Assembly: GCA_963845065.1 (NCBI GenBank)
Contig: CAWJQQ010000009.1
Coordinates: forward strand, 1,233,631 to 1,297,630
DNA: 64,000 bases
Reading direction: 5' to 3'
Source: Nitrospirota bacterium
GTDB taxonomy: Bacteria; Nitrospirota; UBA9217
Positions 51,275 through 61,367 of the stretch are shown one piece after another. Position 1 is the first letter of the stretch, and each line of letters opens with the position of its first letter. The position numbers and the translations under genes were made by a program. A model generated the notes under the pieces. It had not been told where the DNA came from, searched no databases, and worked only from the letters and a program-made list of their open reading frames with translations.

Positions 51275-51562
51275 ATGATAATTACGAAACAGGAAGTCGA
51301 ACATGTGGCGAAGCTTGCGAGACTGGAGTTGTCGGAACAGGATAAAGAAAAGCTTACGGACCAACTCTCCAATATTCTCACCTATGTCGAGAAAATGAGT
51401 GAATTGGACACCAAAGGTGTTGAGCCGACATCCCATGTATTGGACATTAATAATGTCATGCGCGACGATGTATTAGTTAAGAGTCTTTCGCAAGAGAAGG
51501 CGATTGGAAATGCGCCGGATAAGGCGTTAGGGCACTACAAGGTGCCGAGGATCATCGAGTAA
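51275..51562 (+). CDS. gatC: Asp/Glu-tRNA amidotransferase subunit C
   Basis: VEHVAKLARL, VEPTSH, MRDD, YKVPRII. Confidence 0.95.
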   Translation: MIITKQEVEHVAKLARLELSEQDKEKLTDQLSNILTYVEKMSELDTKGVEPTSHVLDINNVMRDDVLVKSLSQEKAIGNAPDKALGHYKVPRIIE

Positions 51563-51645
51563 TTTAGAATTCCAGAATATTAAACTCGTAATGTATCAGA
51601 AAACGCCGTTCATCTATCTCATGTTTGGAAAATTGAGGTTAATAC

Positions 51646-51996
51646 ATGTTCAGACTGATGCTTCGATCAAAAATCCACCGAGCGACCGTGACTGATTCCA
51701 ATCTCGAATATGAGGGAAGCCTGACAGTCGATCCGCTTCTACTTGAGGCAGCGAGCATTCTGCCCTATGAACAGGTCAGCGTCTCTAATCTGAATAATGG
51801 GGAGCGTTTCGAGACTTATGTGATCCCGGGCAAAAGCGGATCTGGTGAAATGGTGCTGAATGGACCCGCTGCGCGAAGAGGGCTAAAAGGAGATAAGGTT
51901 ATCGTTTTCTGCTACGAATATTTTAATGAAGAGGAACTAAAAACTTTTAAACCCAAGATTATTTTCGTGGATGCTAACAACAGGTCTATAGTATGA
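51646..51996 (+). CDS. panD: Aspartate 1-decarboxylase
   Basis: [13 protein letters not shown] self-cleavage site, [15 protein letters not shown]. Confidence 0.95.
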   Translation: MFRLMLRSKIHRATVTDSNLEYEGSLTVDPLLLEAASILPYEQVSVSNLNNGERFETYVIPGKSGSGEMVLNGPAARRGLKGDKVIVFCYEYFNEEELKTFKPKIIFVDANNRSIV

Positions 51997-52087
51997 TGGA
52001 GAATGCCAATTCAATTAATGTCGGCCTTTTTCCAGGCCAAAAAAATATTGAGGTATACGGGAGAATTGGCAATAAGGAGTTATCCTG

Positions 52088-53548
52088 ATGGACTTTTTCA
52101 GTCTCACGATTCATGAATTGCATGACAAATTAATAAAAGGCGAGACCACGTCAGAGGAGATAACCGAATCGGTCCTGGGAAGGATCAAGGCCGTGGACGA
52201 CAAAGTCAAGGCCTATATTACGATTACGGATGAGATAGCACGCGTTCAGGCTCGAGAAGCGGACAAACGGATCAAGGCTGGAGAAATATCGTCGCCTCTT
52301 CTCGGCATCCCGATCGCGGTCAAAGACAATATGTGCACGGAGGGCATCAGGACGACCTGCGCCTCGAAGATACTCAACAATTTTGTACCACCCTATGATG
52401 CGACTGTTGTCCGTAACCTTAAACGGGCAGGCTACGTGCTATGTGGTAAGCCGAACATGGATGAATTTGCCATGGGGTCCTCAACGGAGAACTCGGGGTT
52501 CTTCATAACAAAAAATCCCTGGGATCTCGAACGGATCCCCGGAGGATCGAGCGGCGGCTCTGCAGCAGCGGTCGCTGCCGGAGAATGCATCGGCTCACTC
52601 GGTTCGGACACAGGCGGATCAATACGACAGCCCGCATCATGTTGTGGCGTTGTCGGTCTCAAGCCCACTTACGGTAGAGTCTCCCGTTATGGGCTTGTGG
52701 CATTCGCTTCATCACTGGATCAAATTGGCCCGATTACTAAAGATGTAACAGACGTCGCGCTCCTTCTGAACGTTATTTCCGGCCATGATGCCATGGATTC
52801 AACGTCAGCTAATATCCCGACCCCTGATTTTACCAAGGCGCTTAGGAAAGATGTCAAAGGTATGACAATTGGCCTGCCGAAAGAGTACTTCATTGAAGGA
52901 ATGGACTACGAGGTGGAAAAAGCGGTCAAAGATGCGGTAAAAACGCTCGAAGGACTAGGTGCAAAAGTGGTAGAAGTCTCGCTTCCCCACACAGACTATG
53001 CGGTGGTGACCTACTACATTCTCGCGACTTCCGAGGCGAGCTCAAACTTGGCGCGCTACGATGGCGTAAAATACGGGTTCCGTGCCGCGGCGCCTAAGGA
53101 CCTGATGGACATGTACATGAAAACACGTGAACAGGGATTCGGCCCTGAGGTGAAGCGAAGGATTATGCTCGGCACGTATGCGCTTTCGGCCGGATACTAT
53201 GACGCCTATTATAAAAAGGGACAGCAAGTTCGGACTTTAATCAAACGAGATTTTGACGAGGCCTTCAAAACCGTGGATGTAATCGCTACGCCCACAGCAC
53301 CTACGGCGGCATTCAAAATCGGAGAAAAGTCGTCTGACCCACTCCAGATGTATCTGTCAGACATATTCACGATCAGTGTGAACCTCGCTGGTATTCCAGG
53401 GATCTCAATCCCCTGTGGGTTCACATCAGAGAATATGCCCATCGGGCTTCAGCTTCTAGGAAAACACTTTGATGAGGAATCAATTCTTCATGCTGCCTTT
53501 GCTTATGAACAATCGATGGGATGGCATAAAAGAAGACCGAAATTGTAA
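52088..53548 (+). CDS. gatA: Asp/Glu-tRNA amidotransferase subunit A
   Basis: [35 protein letters not shown]. Confidence 0.97.
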   Translation: MDFFSLTIHELHDKLIKGETTSEEITESVLGRIKAVDDKVKAYITITDEIARVQAREADKRIKAGEISSPLLGIPIAVKDNMCTEGIRTTCASKILNNFVPPYDATVVRNLKRAGYVLCGKPNMDEFAMGSSTENSGFFITKNPWDLERIPGGSSGGSAAAVAAGECIGSLGSDTGGSIRQPASCCGVVGLKPTYGRVSRYGLVAFASSLDQIGPITKDVTDVALLLNVISGHDAMDSTSANIPTPDFTKALRKDVKGMTIGLPKEYFIEGMDYEVEKAVKDAVKTLEGLGAKVVEVSLPHTDYAVVTYYILATSEASSNLARYDGVKYGFRAAAPKDLMDMYMKTREQGFGPEVKRRIMLGTYALSAGYYDAYYKKGQQVRTLIKRDFDEAFKTVDVIATPTAPTAAFKIGEKSSDPLQMYLSDIFTISVNLAGIPGISIPCGFTSENMPIGLQLLGKHFDEESILHAAFAYEQSMGWHKRRPKL

Positions 53549-53671
53549 CGTGTAATTTTAAATGGTGAATACACTATCGTTAGGTCGCCAAGATACGAGT
53601 GAAACCAGAGGTAGTTTCTTAATGTTTATTTTGCGTCTTCGCAGTTAATGGTATTTTGGAGGCTTTTTATA

Positions 53672-55102
53672 ATGAAATATGAGGCAGTCATAGGACTCGA
53701 GGTACATGCTCAACTCCAGACTAATACTAAGATATTTTGCGGATGCGAGACGCGGTTTGGGGAAGAGGCGAACACACGGACCTGCCCTGTTTGCATTGGT
53801 ATGCCGGGAGTGCTGCCGGTGTTGAACAAAAAGGCCGTGGAGTACATCGTCAAAACCGGCATTGCCACACATTGTACGATTAGCCCCTATAGTAGGTTCG
53901 CTCGCAAGAATTATTTTTATCCAGATCTGCCCAAAGGTTACCAGATATCTCAGTATGAACTTCCACTGTGCGAGCATGGGTATGTGGAAATTATTGTTGA
54001 CGGTAAGATTAAGCGCATCGGCATCACACGCATCCATCTTGAAGAGGATGCAGGCAAAAACTTACATCAGACTGAGACCGGCTCAAGCCTTGTGGACCTG
54101 AACAGGGCAGGTACGCCTCTCATGGAGATCGTGTCCGAGCCAGACATCCATACGGCGGACGAGGCATCGGAGTATCTCAAAAAGCTTCGGTCCATCCTGC
54201 GCTACATCGAGGTGTCCGACGCTGACATGGAGAAGGGGAACTTTCGATGCGATGCTAATGTCTCAATCCGGCTTGCAGGGGACAAGGAATTCGGAATTAG
54301 GGCTGAAGTAAAGAACGTCAACTCTTTCAAGTTCGTCCAGAAGGCGCTAGAATATGAAATCAAACGCCAGGCGCAAATCCTTGATGAAGGGGGCAGGGTC
54401 GTTCAGGAAACGCGTCTTTTCGACTCTGCGAAAGGTGCAACCTTCTCAATGCGCAGCAAAGAGGAAGCCCATGACTACCGATATTTTCCCGAACCCGATC
54501 TTGTACCAATTGTCGTATCTAAGGAAACCGTCTCGATTATCGCAGCAACTATACCTGAACTCCCGGACGCCAAACGCGCTCGGTTTGTGAAAGAATACGG
54601 CATCCCTGAATATGATGCAGACCTGCTGACCCAGAGCAGGGCCATGGCCGCCTACTTCGAAGAAGCGGTCAAGCTTTCGAGCCAACCGAAAGCGGTGTCG
54701 AACTGGATGATGGGCGAGCTGATGCGTTTGCTCAAAACAAACGGCAAAGAAATCGACTCATGCCCAATCAAACCGGACAAACTTGTTGGCATGATCAAGA
54801 TGATTAACGACGGGGTTATCAGCATCAAGATCGCAAAAACTGTGTTCGAGGAGATGTATACGTCGGGGAAGGACGCGGTTGAAGTCGTACAAGAGAAAGG
54901 TCTTGTTCAGGTCTCAGACACGGGTGCTATCGTTCAAATAATTGCTGATGTGATCCGTGCCAATCCGGGCCAGGCGGCTGATTACAAGGCCGGGAAAGAG
55001 AAGCTATTCGGGTTCTTTGTAGGACAGGTGATGAAGGTGAGCAGGGGCCAGGCAAACCCTGACCTGGTAAACCAGCTGCTGAAGAAAAAACTATCAGAGT
55101 AA
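53672..55102 (+). CDS. gatB: Asp/Glu-tRNA amidotransferase subunit B
   Basis: [45 protein letters not shown]. Confidence 0.97.
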   Translation: MKYEAVIGLEVHAQLQTNTKIFCGCETRFGEEANTRTCPVCIGMPGVLPVLNKKAVEYIVKTGIATHCTISPYSRFARKNYFYPDLPKGYQISQYELPLCEHGYVEIIVDGKIKRIGITRIHLEEDAGKNLHQTETGSSLVDLNRAGTPLMEIVSEPDIHTADEASEYLKKLRSILRYIEVSDADMEKGNFRCDANVSIRLAGDKEFGIRAEVKNVNSFKFVQKALEYEIKRQAQILDEGGRVVQETRLFDSAKGATFSMRSKEEAHDYRYFPEPDLVPIVVSKETVSIIAATIPELPDAKRARFVKEYGIPEYDADLLTQSRAMAAYFEEAVKLSSQPKAVSNWMMGELMRLLKTNGKEIDSCPIKPDKLVGMIKMINDGVISIKIAKTVFEEMYTSGKDAVEVVQEKGLVQVSDTGAIVQIIADVIRANPGQAADYKAGKEKLFGFFVGQVMKVSRGQANPDLVNQLLKKKLSE

Positions 55103-55147
55103 GACTTCATGAATTTACTAATAATCGTTTAGGAAGGGGAATTTCAC

Positions 55148-55843
55148 ATGCTCGAACAAATACGTAAGCATATGGGTTGGATGATGTGGGTCATAGTAGG
55201 GCTCATCACCGTGACCTTTCTTTTTTTCGGGATGTATCCATCCAATATGGGAGGCACCAGGGCGGCCAAGGTAGGCGATACGGTGATTACCACGGAGGAA
55301 GTGAGCAGGGCCTATCAAAATATGTATAATAACTATAAAGAGTTGTTAAAAGACAAATTCAACGACTCCTTTGCTAAGAGTCTTAAGTCCCAAGCACTGC
55401 AAGAATTGATTGTGAACCGGCTTTTGATCTCAGAAGCAGAGCGACTAGGGTTGCAGGTAAGCGATGAGGAGCTCCAAGATTCGATCGTCAAAATGCCGGC
55501 TTTTTCCGTAAATGGAAAGTTTGACAAAAGGGTATACGGGCGGATTCTCGACCGCGTCAATATGACGCCTGCTGCCTTTGAAACCAGCCAGCGCGAGCTG
55601 CTTCTGCGACAAAAAATGGAACATCTTATACGGGATGGAGTTCAGGTATCGGAAGCCGAACTGGCTATTGCTTATAAACAGCAAAATCCCAAAGCAAAAC
55701 CGGGTGATTTTGAAAAGAACCGTGACAGCTTCACTCAGACCTACCTTGCGGGGAAACAGCGTGATGCGCTTACTGCGGCATTACGAGATATCGAGAAAAA
55801 AATACCGGTGACGATCGACGAAAAATCCGTCTCACAGTTATAA
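55148..55843 (+). CDS. SurA N-terminal domain chaperone (short PpiD-like, no rotamase domain)
   Basis: MLEQIRK plus TM helix, AAKVGD, LGLQVSDEEL, FSVNGKFD. Confidence 0.8.
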   Translation: MLEQIRKHMGWMMWVIVGLITVTFLFFGMYPSNMGGTRAAKVGDTVITTEEVSRAYQNMYNNYKELLKDKFNDSFAKSLKSQALQELIVNRLLISEAERLGLQVSDEELQDSIVKMPAFSVNGKFDKRVYGRILDRVNMTPAAFETSQRELLLRQKMEHLIRDGVQVSEAELAIAYKQQNPKAKPGDFEKNRDSFTQTYLAGKQRDALTAALRDIEKKIPVTIDEKSVSQL

Positions 55844-56092
55844 AGTTCACTCATGTCCTAGCGTCTTTCGCTTAAATTAGCATTGGCTGCTTAATACAGC
55901 AGTGCTCGTCTTATGATGGATGTGATGAAAATATGGACAACTACTGATACCGTCGAATAAGCTCAAAGGCTAATGCAAAGTCATCTGCGTTTGTTTATGC
56001 AAACCGGAGAAGGAATGCGGGTGGCGAGAAAATCAATATTTTTTTATGTTTTTCTCACTATTTATGGTAGATTTTGACATCTTACGGTATTA

Positions 56093-56815
56093 TCAAATAG
56101 TTGATTCCCAATCCAAGTCGCCGAGCATCTCCCATTGAACATAATTTCTGATTCGGAGCAGCGTATCTTCCGACATGTCGACAAAGTGGAGACCCATGCC
56201 GGGTTCTGCTTCAAACTGGGCTCCAAGACTTAATGTCCTGACAACTTCGGCAGCCACTTCGATGGGTATCGTATCATGAGGCAGTGTAAACTTAATATGA
56301 AGGATCCTGCCTTCCGGCAAAGGCTCTAGCGTTCGAAGATATAATCCCCCCTCGGATAGGTTAATGCAGGTCAAGGCCTTTTCCGGCATTCCTTCTTCAA
56401 TCTCTACGCGCAATTTTACGGGTATGCGTGGAGTAATTCTTGGCTGGCCGCTCAACCGTGCCAGTATTCCATATACCATCGCAAGATCAAGTGGTTTTGT
56501 CAGGATGGCCGAGCATCCCAGGGAGAGCAGTGTCTCGGTGGTTGCCTGGTTGTTGTTCGTCATGAATATAACGAGCGGTATGTTCTTGGTCGAGGGGTCG
56601 GTCCTTAAAAGGGTTACAGCAGGCTCAAGTTCGGTTGCTGCAAAGTCACCGTCGTAGAGAATCATTGCGAACGGTGTGCTCTGCGCGAGGCTAAGTCCTT
56701 CATTAGGCGTTTTTGCAAGAACAGGGGAATACCAGATCCGGTTCAAGAGAACGCCGAGGTACATCTGACCGGCAGCTGTTCGGCAGATTATAAGCACTTG
56801 TTTTTTTTCGGACAT
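56093..56815 (-). CDS. Atypical receiver domain fused to a PilZ domain
   Basis: REC-like fold (ILYD, NIPLVI, LTKP) lacking the acidic pocket; PilZ motifs RITPR and NLSEGG, GMGLHF. Confidence 0.8.
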   Translation of the reverse strand: MSEKKQVLIICRTAAGQMYLGVLLNRIWYSPVLAKTPNEGLSLAQSTPFAMILYDGDFAATELEPAVTLLRTDPSTKNIPLVIFMTNNNQATTETLLSLGCSAILTKPLDLAMVYGILARLSGQPRITPRIPVKLRVEIEEGMPEKALTCINLSEGGLYLRTLEPLPEGRILHIKFTLPHDTIPIEVAAEVVRTLSLGAQFEAEPGMGLHFVDMSEDTLLRIRNYVQWEMLGDLDWESTI

Positions 56816-56872
56816 CCGATAACGTCCTCCCAGACGAAGTTCTTCTCATTAAACCATGGCGAAGAGCGCTTG

Positions 56873-58270
56873 TCAACCATTCTGTTCGCTCAAGTCGGCT
56901 AACAAATTTATGATGCTGATGCAGCCTTTTTCCCAGTCCGAGATTAAAAGGCTTTCATTCTCCGAGTGTGCCGCTGTGAATGGGTCGCCAACTCCGAAGA
57001 GCAGGGCCGGTACACCGCCGAGCGCTTCGGTAATCTTCTGGACGAAGGGGATTGAGCCACCTGCCCCGGCTATCACGGGCTTCCTTCCGTATCCTTTTTC
57101 GAGAGCGCGCAGCGCGGCTTCGAACACACGGCCAGTCGTGTCGGTTTTCCACCACTGCGATGGCGACTCAGGTTGTACACTGACCTGAACTCCCCACGGC
57201 GCATGATTCTTCAGATAGCTGGTGAATAAATCCAATGTTTTTTCCGGGTCCATGTCGGGTACGATTCGGATGCCGATGCGCGCCCATGCCACATCATTGA
57301 TGATATTGGCAGCCTGTTTACGGCTGCTTGCCTCAATAGCATTTACAGCGATCGACGGTCGGTACCACATCTTTTCGTAAACAGAACCTTCTCCGCCAAT
57401 AATCTTTGCCCCGTCCAGCAATTTTGATTGTTTTCGATACACCAACTCATTGAATGGTAGGGAGTCAAGATTTGTCTTGTCCGTTGAAGATAAGGCTCGG
57501 ACCTCGTCTAAGAGACCCGGGACAGCAGGCCTGCCGGCATCATCCACGAGGCTTGCAATCATGCGGGAGAGTGCAATCACGGGATCTGGCAAGGGACCAC
57601 CCCACGTACCTGAGTGCACACTCGATTCAAGTGATCGAACTTCAACGCTTACCGTTACAATGCCCCGTAGCGATGCTGTTAGCGTCGGTACACCTTTATC
57701 GAAGTTCTCGCTGTCGGCGATCACCACCGCATCAGCGGATAGAAGAGCCCGGCTATTTTCGAGAATCGCGTAAAGATTCGAGGAGCCGACTTCCTCCTCG
57801 CCTTCTATCAGGACTTTGACATTGACGGGTAAGGAGCCGCTCGATTTCAAATATGAACCCAGTGCCGCGAGATACATTGCAACACCGCCCTTGTCATCTG
57901 CAGATCCACGACCATAGAGCCTCCCATTACGTTCCGAAGGTTCAAACGGAGGTGTGGTCCAGAGTTCTTCCCGACCGATCGGCTGAACGTCGTAATGGGC
58001 ATATAACAGGATCGTCGGTTTGCCGGGCGTGTCAGTCCTTTGTGCGAATACCGAAGGATTGCCGGAACCCGCTTCCAGAATGCGGATATCCTTGAACCCG
58101 ATGATTTTTAAATGATCAGCCACGGCTTCTGCACAACGCCTGACCGGCTTGCGATCAAAACCCGGAAAACTGATGCTGGGGATGCGGACAAGGTCTTTCA
58201 AATCGTTCAGGAATGCGCTATTGTTAGCGGTAAAGTGTCGCAACGCAGTATCGAGTATCTTGCTGTCCAT
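56873..58270 (-). CDS. M20-family metallo-dipeptidase
   Basis: YAHYDVQP, GRGSADDKG, EGEEEVGS, GGSIP, AHSENE. Confidence 0.92.
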   Translation of the reverse strand: MDSKILDTALRHFTANNSAFLNDLKDLVRIPSISFPGFDRKPVRRCAEAVADHLKIIGFKDIRILEAGSGNPSVFAQRTDTPGKPTILLYAHYDVQPIGREELWTTPPFEPSERNGRLYGRGSADDKGGVAMYLAALGSYLKSSGSLPVNVKVLIEGEEEVGSSNLYAILENSRALLSADAVVIADSENFDKGVPTLTASLRGIVTVSVEVRSLESSVHSGTWGGPLPDPVIALSRMIASLVDDAGRPAVPGLLDEVRALSSTDKTNLDSLPFNELVYRKQSKLLDGAKIIGGEGSVYEKMWYRPSIAVNAIEASSRKQAANIINDVAWARIGIRIVPDMDPEKTLDLFTSYLKNHAPWGVQVSVQPESPSQWWKTDTTGRVFEAALRALEKGYGRKPVIAGAGGSIPFVQKITEALGGVPALLFGVGDPFTAAHSENESLLISDWEKGCISIINLLADLSEQNG

Positions 58271-58606
58271 GCCGTTCCTCCATGATGTTAAGGCAGAAAG
58301 GAGGCTGACCATTATTAGGCCAACCGGATCGTCTTCTTAGTGGAATTGGTGGAATGCCTGCTGCGCTCAAGAAGGTCGCTCTTGGAATATTTTATTCATT
58401 TCATGGTCATTGTCAACTGGTTGTTTTTAACTGCTGTGTGGTAAATCGCGGATTAAGATATTGGCGATTTGAAGGGCAGAACCTTGCCCTCACCTACAGT
58501 TTTAAACTGCATCTTACAGGTCACCAGACGATGACGCAGTTGTCACTGGAATACAGCATAAAGATTTTTATTGTCTTTTTGTGAACAGAACCTGCTGTAG
58601 AATTAC

Positions 58607-59005
58607 TGACGTTTTAGCAGCAAAAAATCCCTGGCTTTAGCCATGGGAATGAATTGCTATGCAGTTTTTTCTATCATCGCTGGATATTTATCATACACTC
58701 TTTGAAAACCAAAGATATGAGGTTCCGGTGAGAAAGTCACCTTGCAAAATCTTTGTCACATTACCGGACTGATTAAGTCTGGCCGGATGCTTACCCGCTC
58801 TTAGAAAGGGTAATGTCGAGATTGCAATATCAGGTAGCGAATGATAAAATTCCATCTATCAGCTTTGGCCTGTGGGTCTGAGACGAAGTTGCTTGCCCGT
58901 TAACTGATCAACGACAATCAACACCGGCAACTTAAGTTTGTTGCCGAAGCGCATTTGCCGGTACTGCCATTAGAACCCCCTGCTTTCAGGCATGGCGTAG
59001 GCCAA
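58607..59005 (+). mobile_element. Non-coding IS200/IS605 mini-element retaining the tnpB 3' tail and omega-RNA
   Basis: LE CCCTGGCTTTAGCCATGGG-AATGAAT after TTAC; RE GAACCCCCTG..CATGG..CCAA; 58780-59005 is visibly homologous to the 3' ends of both tnpB elements in this window. Confidence 0.8.
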
Positions 59006-59189
59006 TGTTTATATTTTCGTTCACAAGTACCGTCATTGGGATTCTGTGTCTGACGACTTTAATTATTGAGACCTTACATACTCAGCTGGCGGCGTTAAGT
59101 ACTTCGGGAAATCACATTAAATGCAGGGTACACTTTAAACCAGTTGGTCGCAGCTCTAGTAATTATTTATGAGAATCATATAATAAACC

Positions 59190-59218
59190 TTGACATTTAG
59201 AAGCGGAAGTGGCATGAT
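59190..59218 (+). promoter_or_regulatory. Putative cspA promoter
   Basis: TTGACA-17 bp-CATGAT with TG extension. Confidence 0.55.
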
Positions 59219-59253
59219 AACACTTAGAAGTTCCGGATGTTCTTGTAGGGAAA

Positions 59254-59288
59254 CCGCAAAGACAGATAGACTTTGCGGATTTTTTTTT
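59254..59288 (+). terminator. Terminator-like hairpin inside the cspA leader
   Basis: CCGCAAAG-9 nt-CTTTGCGG followed by A and T9. Confidence 0.65.
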
Positions 59289-59332
59289 GTCCTTTTCCGT
59301 CGCTTCAATTCACTAGAAGGAGGTAGCTCATC

Positions 59333-59533
59333 ATGGAGACAGGTACAGTAAAGTGGTTCAATGATTCCAAAGGCTTTGGATTCATTACCCGTGAAAAGGG
59401 CGGCGATGTGTTCGTTCATTTTGGCGACATTCAAGACAGCGGCTTCAAGTCGTTGGCTGAAGGCCAGTCGGTGCAGTTCGACGTCGTCGACTCACCCAAA
59501 GGCCCCAAGGCATCCAATGTTGTAAAGTTATAA
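59333..59533 (+). CDS. cspA: Cold-shock protein
   Basis: GTVKWFN, KGFGFI (RNP1), DVFVHF (RNP2). Confidence 0.97.
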   Translation: METGTVKWFNDSKGFGFITREKGGDVFVHFGDIQDSGFKSLAEGQSVQFDVVDSPKGPKASNVVKL

Positions 59534-59551
59534 GCGAACGCTTAAACATTC

Positions 59552-59587
59552 ACAGGCCCTGAGCATTCCTCAGGGCCTGTTTTTTTT
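59552..59587 (+). terminator. Intrinsic terminator after cspA
   Basis: ACAGGCCCTGAG / CTCAGGGCCTGT 12-bp stem followed by a T tract. Confidence 0.85.
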
Positions 59588-59688
59588 CATTGCTTTCATC
59601 GATTGCTTCATGTGAGCGATTGATCAAAAAAAAGATTCCATCGCGATTTAGGTTTTTGCTTTTTTGAACGAAAGGCGGAAGGAGACAA

Positions 59689-60069
59689 ATGCGATACAGA
59701 CAGCGTTATAAAGAAAAGCAGGAACTGGAACGGGCCGCATTGGTTGCAACCGGCCTCGTTTCAGAGCGTTATTCAAGTCTTTCAAGCATCGAATTTCGCA
59801 TGACGTATTACAGAATTGGTTTGGATGCTGTTTTAATGAAGCGCACCCTTTGTTTCTCACCCGCTGACTACGCCGGTTTCCATCTAAAATGTATGGAGGA
59901 TGGGTGTATGGACGGCGGTTTTGATCTGGCCCCAGTCGTCGCAGGTCTTGCTAAATCACACAAGAAGTCCATCAAGGGAAAGCTTTTTTGCCGTGGCACG
60001 AACCATAACCTCGGACACGCCAGCATCGCTTATGAAGTCAATGTTCAGTACAATAAGCAGGTTAAATAG
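59689..60069 (+). CDS. Hypothetical protein with CxxxxC..GGFDL..C..H motif
   Basis: 126 aa; SD AAGGAG; basic N-terminus; CMEDGCMDGGFDL...LFCRG..H. Confidence 0.75.
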   Translation: MRYRQRYKEKQELERAALVATGLVSERYSSLSSIEFRMTYYRIGLDAVLMKRTLCFSPADYAGFHLKCMEDGCMDGGFDLAPVVAGLAKSHKKSIKGKLFCRGTNHNLGHASIAYEVNVQYNKQVK

Positions 60070-60164
60070 AAATCGTTGCTGAGTACATTTCCAAATACCA
60101 ATATTCTCCCTTGATAGGCTCAACGGTACGTTTAAAAGAACCAGATTACAGAAGTGCCCTATAC

Positions 60165-60193
60165 AAAAAAGCCCACTCGTGTTTTGAGTGGGC
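60165..60193 (-). terminator. Intrinsic terminator after the HU gene
   Basis: GCCCACTC / GAGTGGGC stem followed by T6 on the minus strand. Confidence 0.75.
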
Positions 60194-60213
60194 CTGGTCC
60201 TGTTGACGATCGA

Positions 60214-60501
60214 TTACTTCGCGCCGAGGATCGCGTCTTTTGCCGCTTTGGCAACCCGAAACTTGACGACTTTTTTTGCTTTTATTTTGATGGTTTCACC
60301 GGTTGCAGGATTTCTACCCAAACGCGCTTTGCGCTGTACGAGCACGAGCTTGCCGAGCCCGGGCAGTGTGAAACTATTCTTAGCTTCCTTATAGGCGACC
60401 TCCGCGATAAAAGCTAGGATGTCGGAAGCCGCCTTTTTTGTAAGCGAGGCGTTTTCTGCAAGTTTTGCTATTAATTGCGATTTCGTCATTGGTGTTGCCA
60501 T
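60214..60501 (-). CDS. hup: HU family DNA-binding protein
   Basis: MTKSQLI, LPGLGKL, RKARLGRNPATGETIKI, VVKFR. Confidence 0.92.
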   Translation of the reverse strand: MATPMTKSQLIAKLAENASLTKKAASDILAFIAEVAYKEAKNSFTLPGLGKLVLVQRKARLGRNPATGETIKIKAKKVVKFRVAKAAKDAILGAK

Positions 60502-60561
60502 ATATATCCCTTCCTTTAATGCAGATTGATTGTCAATCAACAACTATAAACTATGAAGAGG

Positions 60562-60624
60562 TTATTTCTTCTTGCTCTTCGGTTTTTTTACTTCCTTCTT
60601 AGCTCCTTGTCGTGAAGCGGCCAT
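60562..60624 (-). CDS. Putative 20-aa lysine-rich peptide
   Basis: MAASRQGAKKEVKKPKSKKK*, preceded by AAGGGAGGTG. Confidence 0.55.
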   Translation of the reverse strand: MAASRQGAKKEVKKPKSKKK

Positions 60625-61138
60625 AATCATCACCTCCCTTATACCAGAGTCGCTGTTTGTTTTGTATCTGCCAGCTGCTTCAATGAGACATCTTCGTCTT
60701 CTATAAACTGTACATATCCCCCACGGATTTTATTGTGTTTTTATCAACTTTGCGCTCTCGTATTTTTTTAGGTTATTTTTTGCAATTTCCTTCCGACGCT
60801 TTTAGAAAATGGAGTTTGGTATAGTCATCAAGTAAGCCATTAAGAATATTAATATGAATTGAAACCCGGCACTCCTGCTTGGATTCTTTTCGCTAGTAGT
60901 TAACGGTTTTGCCAGCTCGGTGAAAGATCTCCCTACTTTTTAATCTTAGAGTGGTCAGTATACAATGATATTTGTAGGAAGTACACAGATATAATCATAC
61001 TACTCAGAAGCAACGATAAAAGGAAAGGGAATGGTTGGGCTAGATTGCTACCATCTGGTTCTTTATCTTTAGGGAATGCTATCAGAATATCGTCCGAATT
61101 GGTGCCGATAGAGACTTTATCGCCAAATCTACGAGTTC

Positions 61139-61297
61139 TTAACGACGGCTGGCCGCAACCGAATTGTCCCATAGCAAAAGACCAATAACAACGACAACTG
61201 TTGACAAATGCGGTACGTTTGTTATCATGACCGTGGACAAGATATAAACCGTCAGTATAAGGCACGCAAACCAAATTATGAATACAGTCAATTCCAT
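61139..61297 (-). CDS. Possible small membrane protein
   Basis: 52-aa ORF with two hydrophobic stretches (MELTVFIIWFACLILTVYIL...VVVVIGLLLW); weak SD. Confidence 0.25.
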   Translation of the reverse strand: MELTVFIIWFACLILTVYILSTVMITNVPHLSTVVVVIGLLLWDNSVAASRR

Positions 61298-61367
61298 AAA
61301 GCAACATTTCCGAACCAACCTATTTATCTAGGTAAATTAAATAGGTTTGAACACTTACTAAATCAGA

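Noticed and set aside
2139..58340. Many 60-250 aa antisense or alternate-frame ORFs (e.g. 28210-28950, 47710-48387, 41168-41740)
   Set aside because: They are shadows of well-supported genes and carry no motifs
59006..59025. In-window target for the mini-element guide or the 35585 guide
   Set aside because: No second match was found by eye; a genome-wide search is needed
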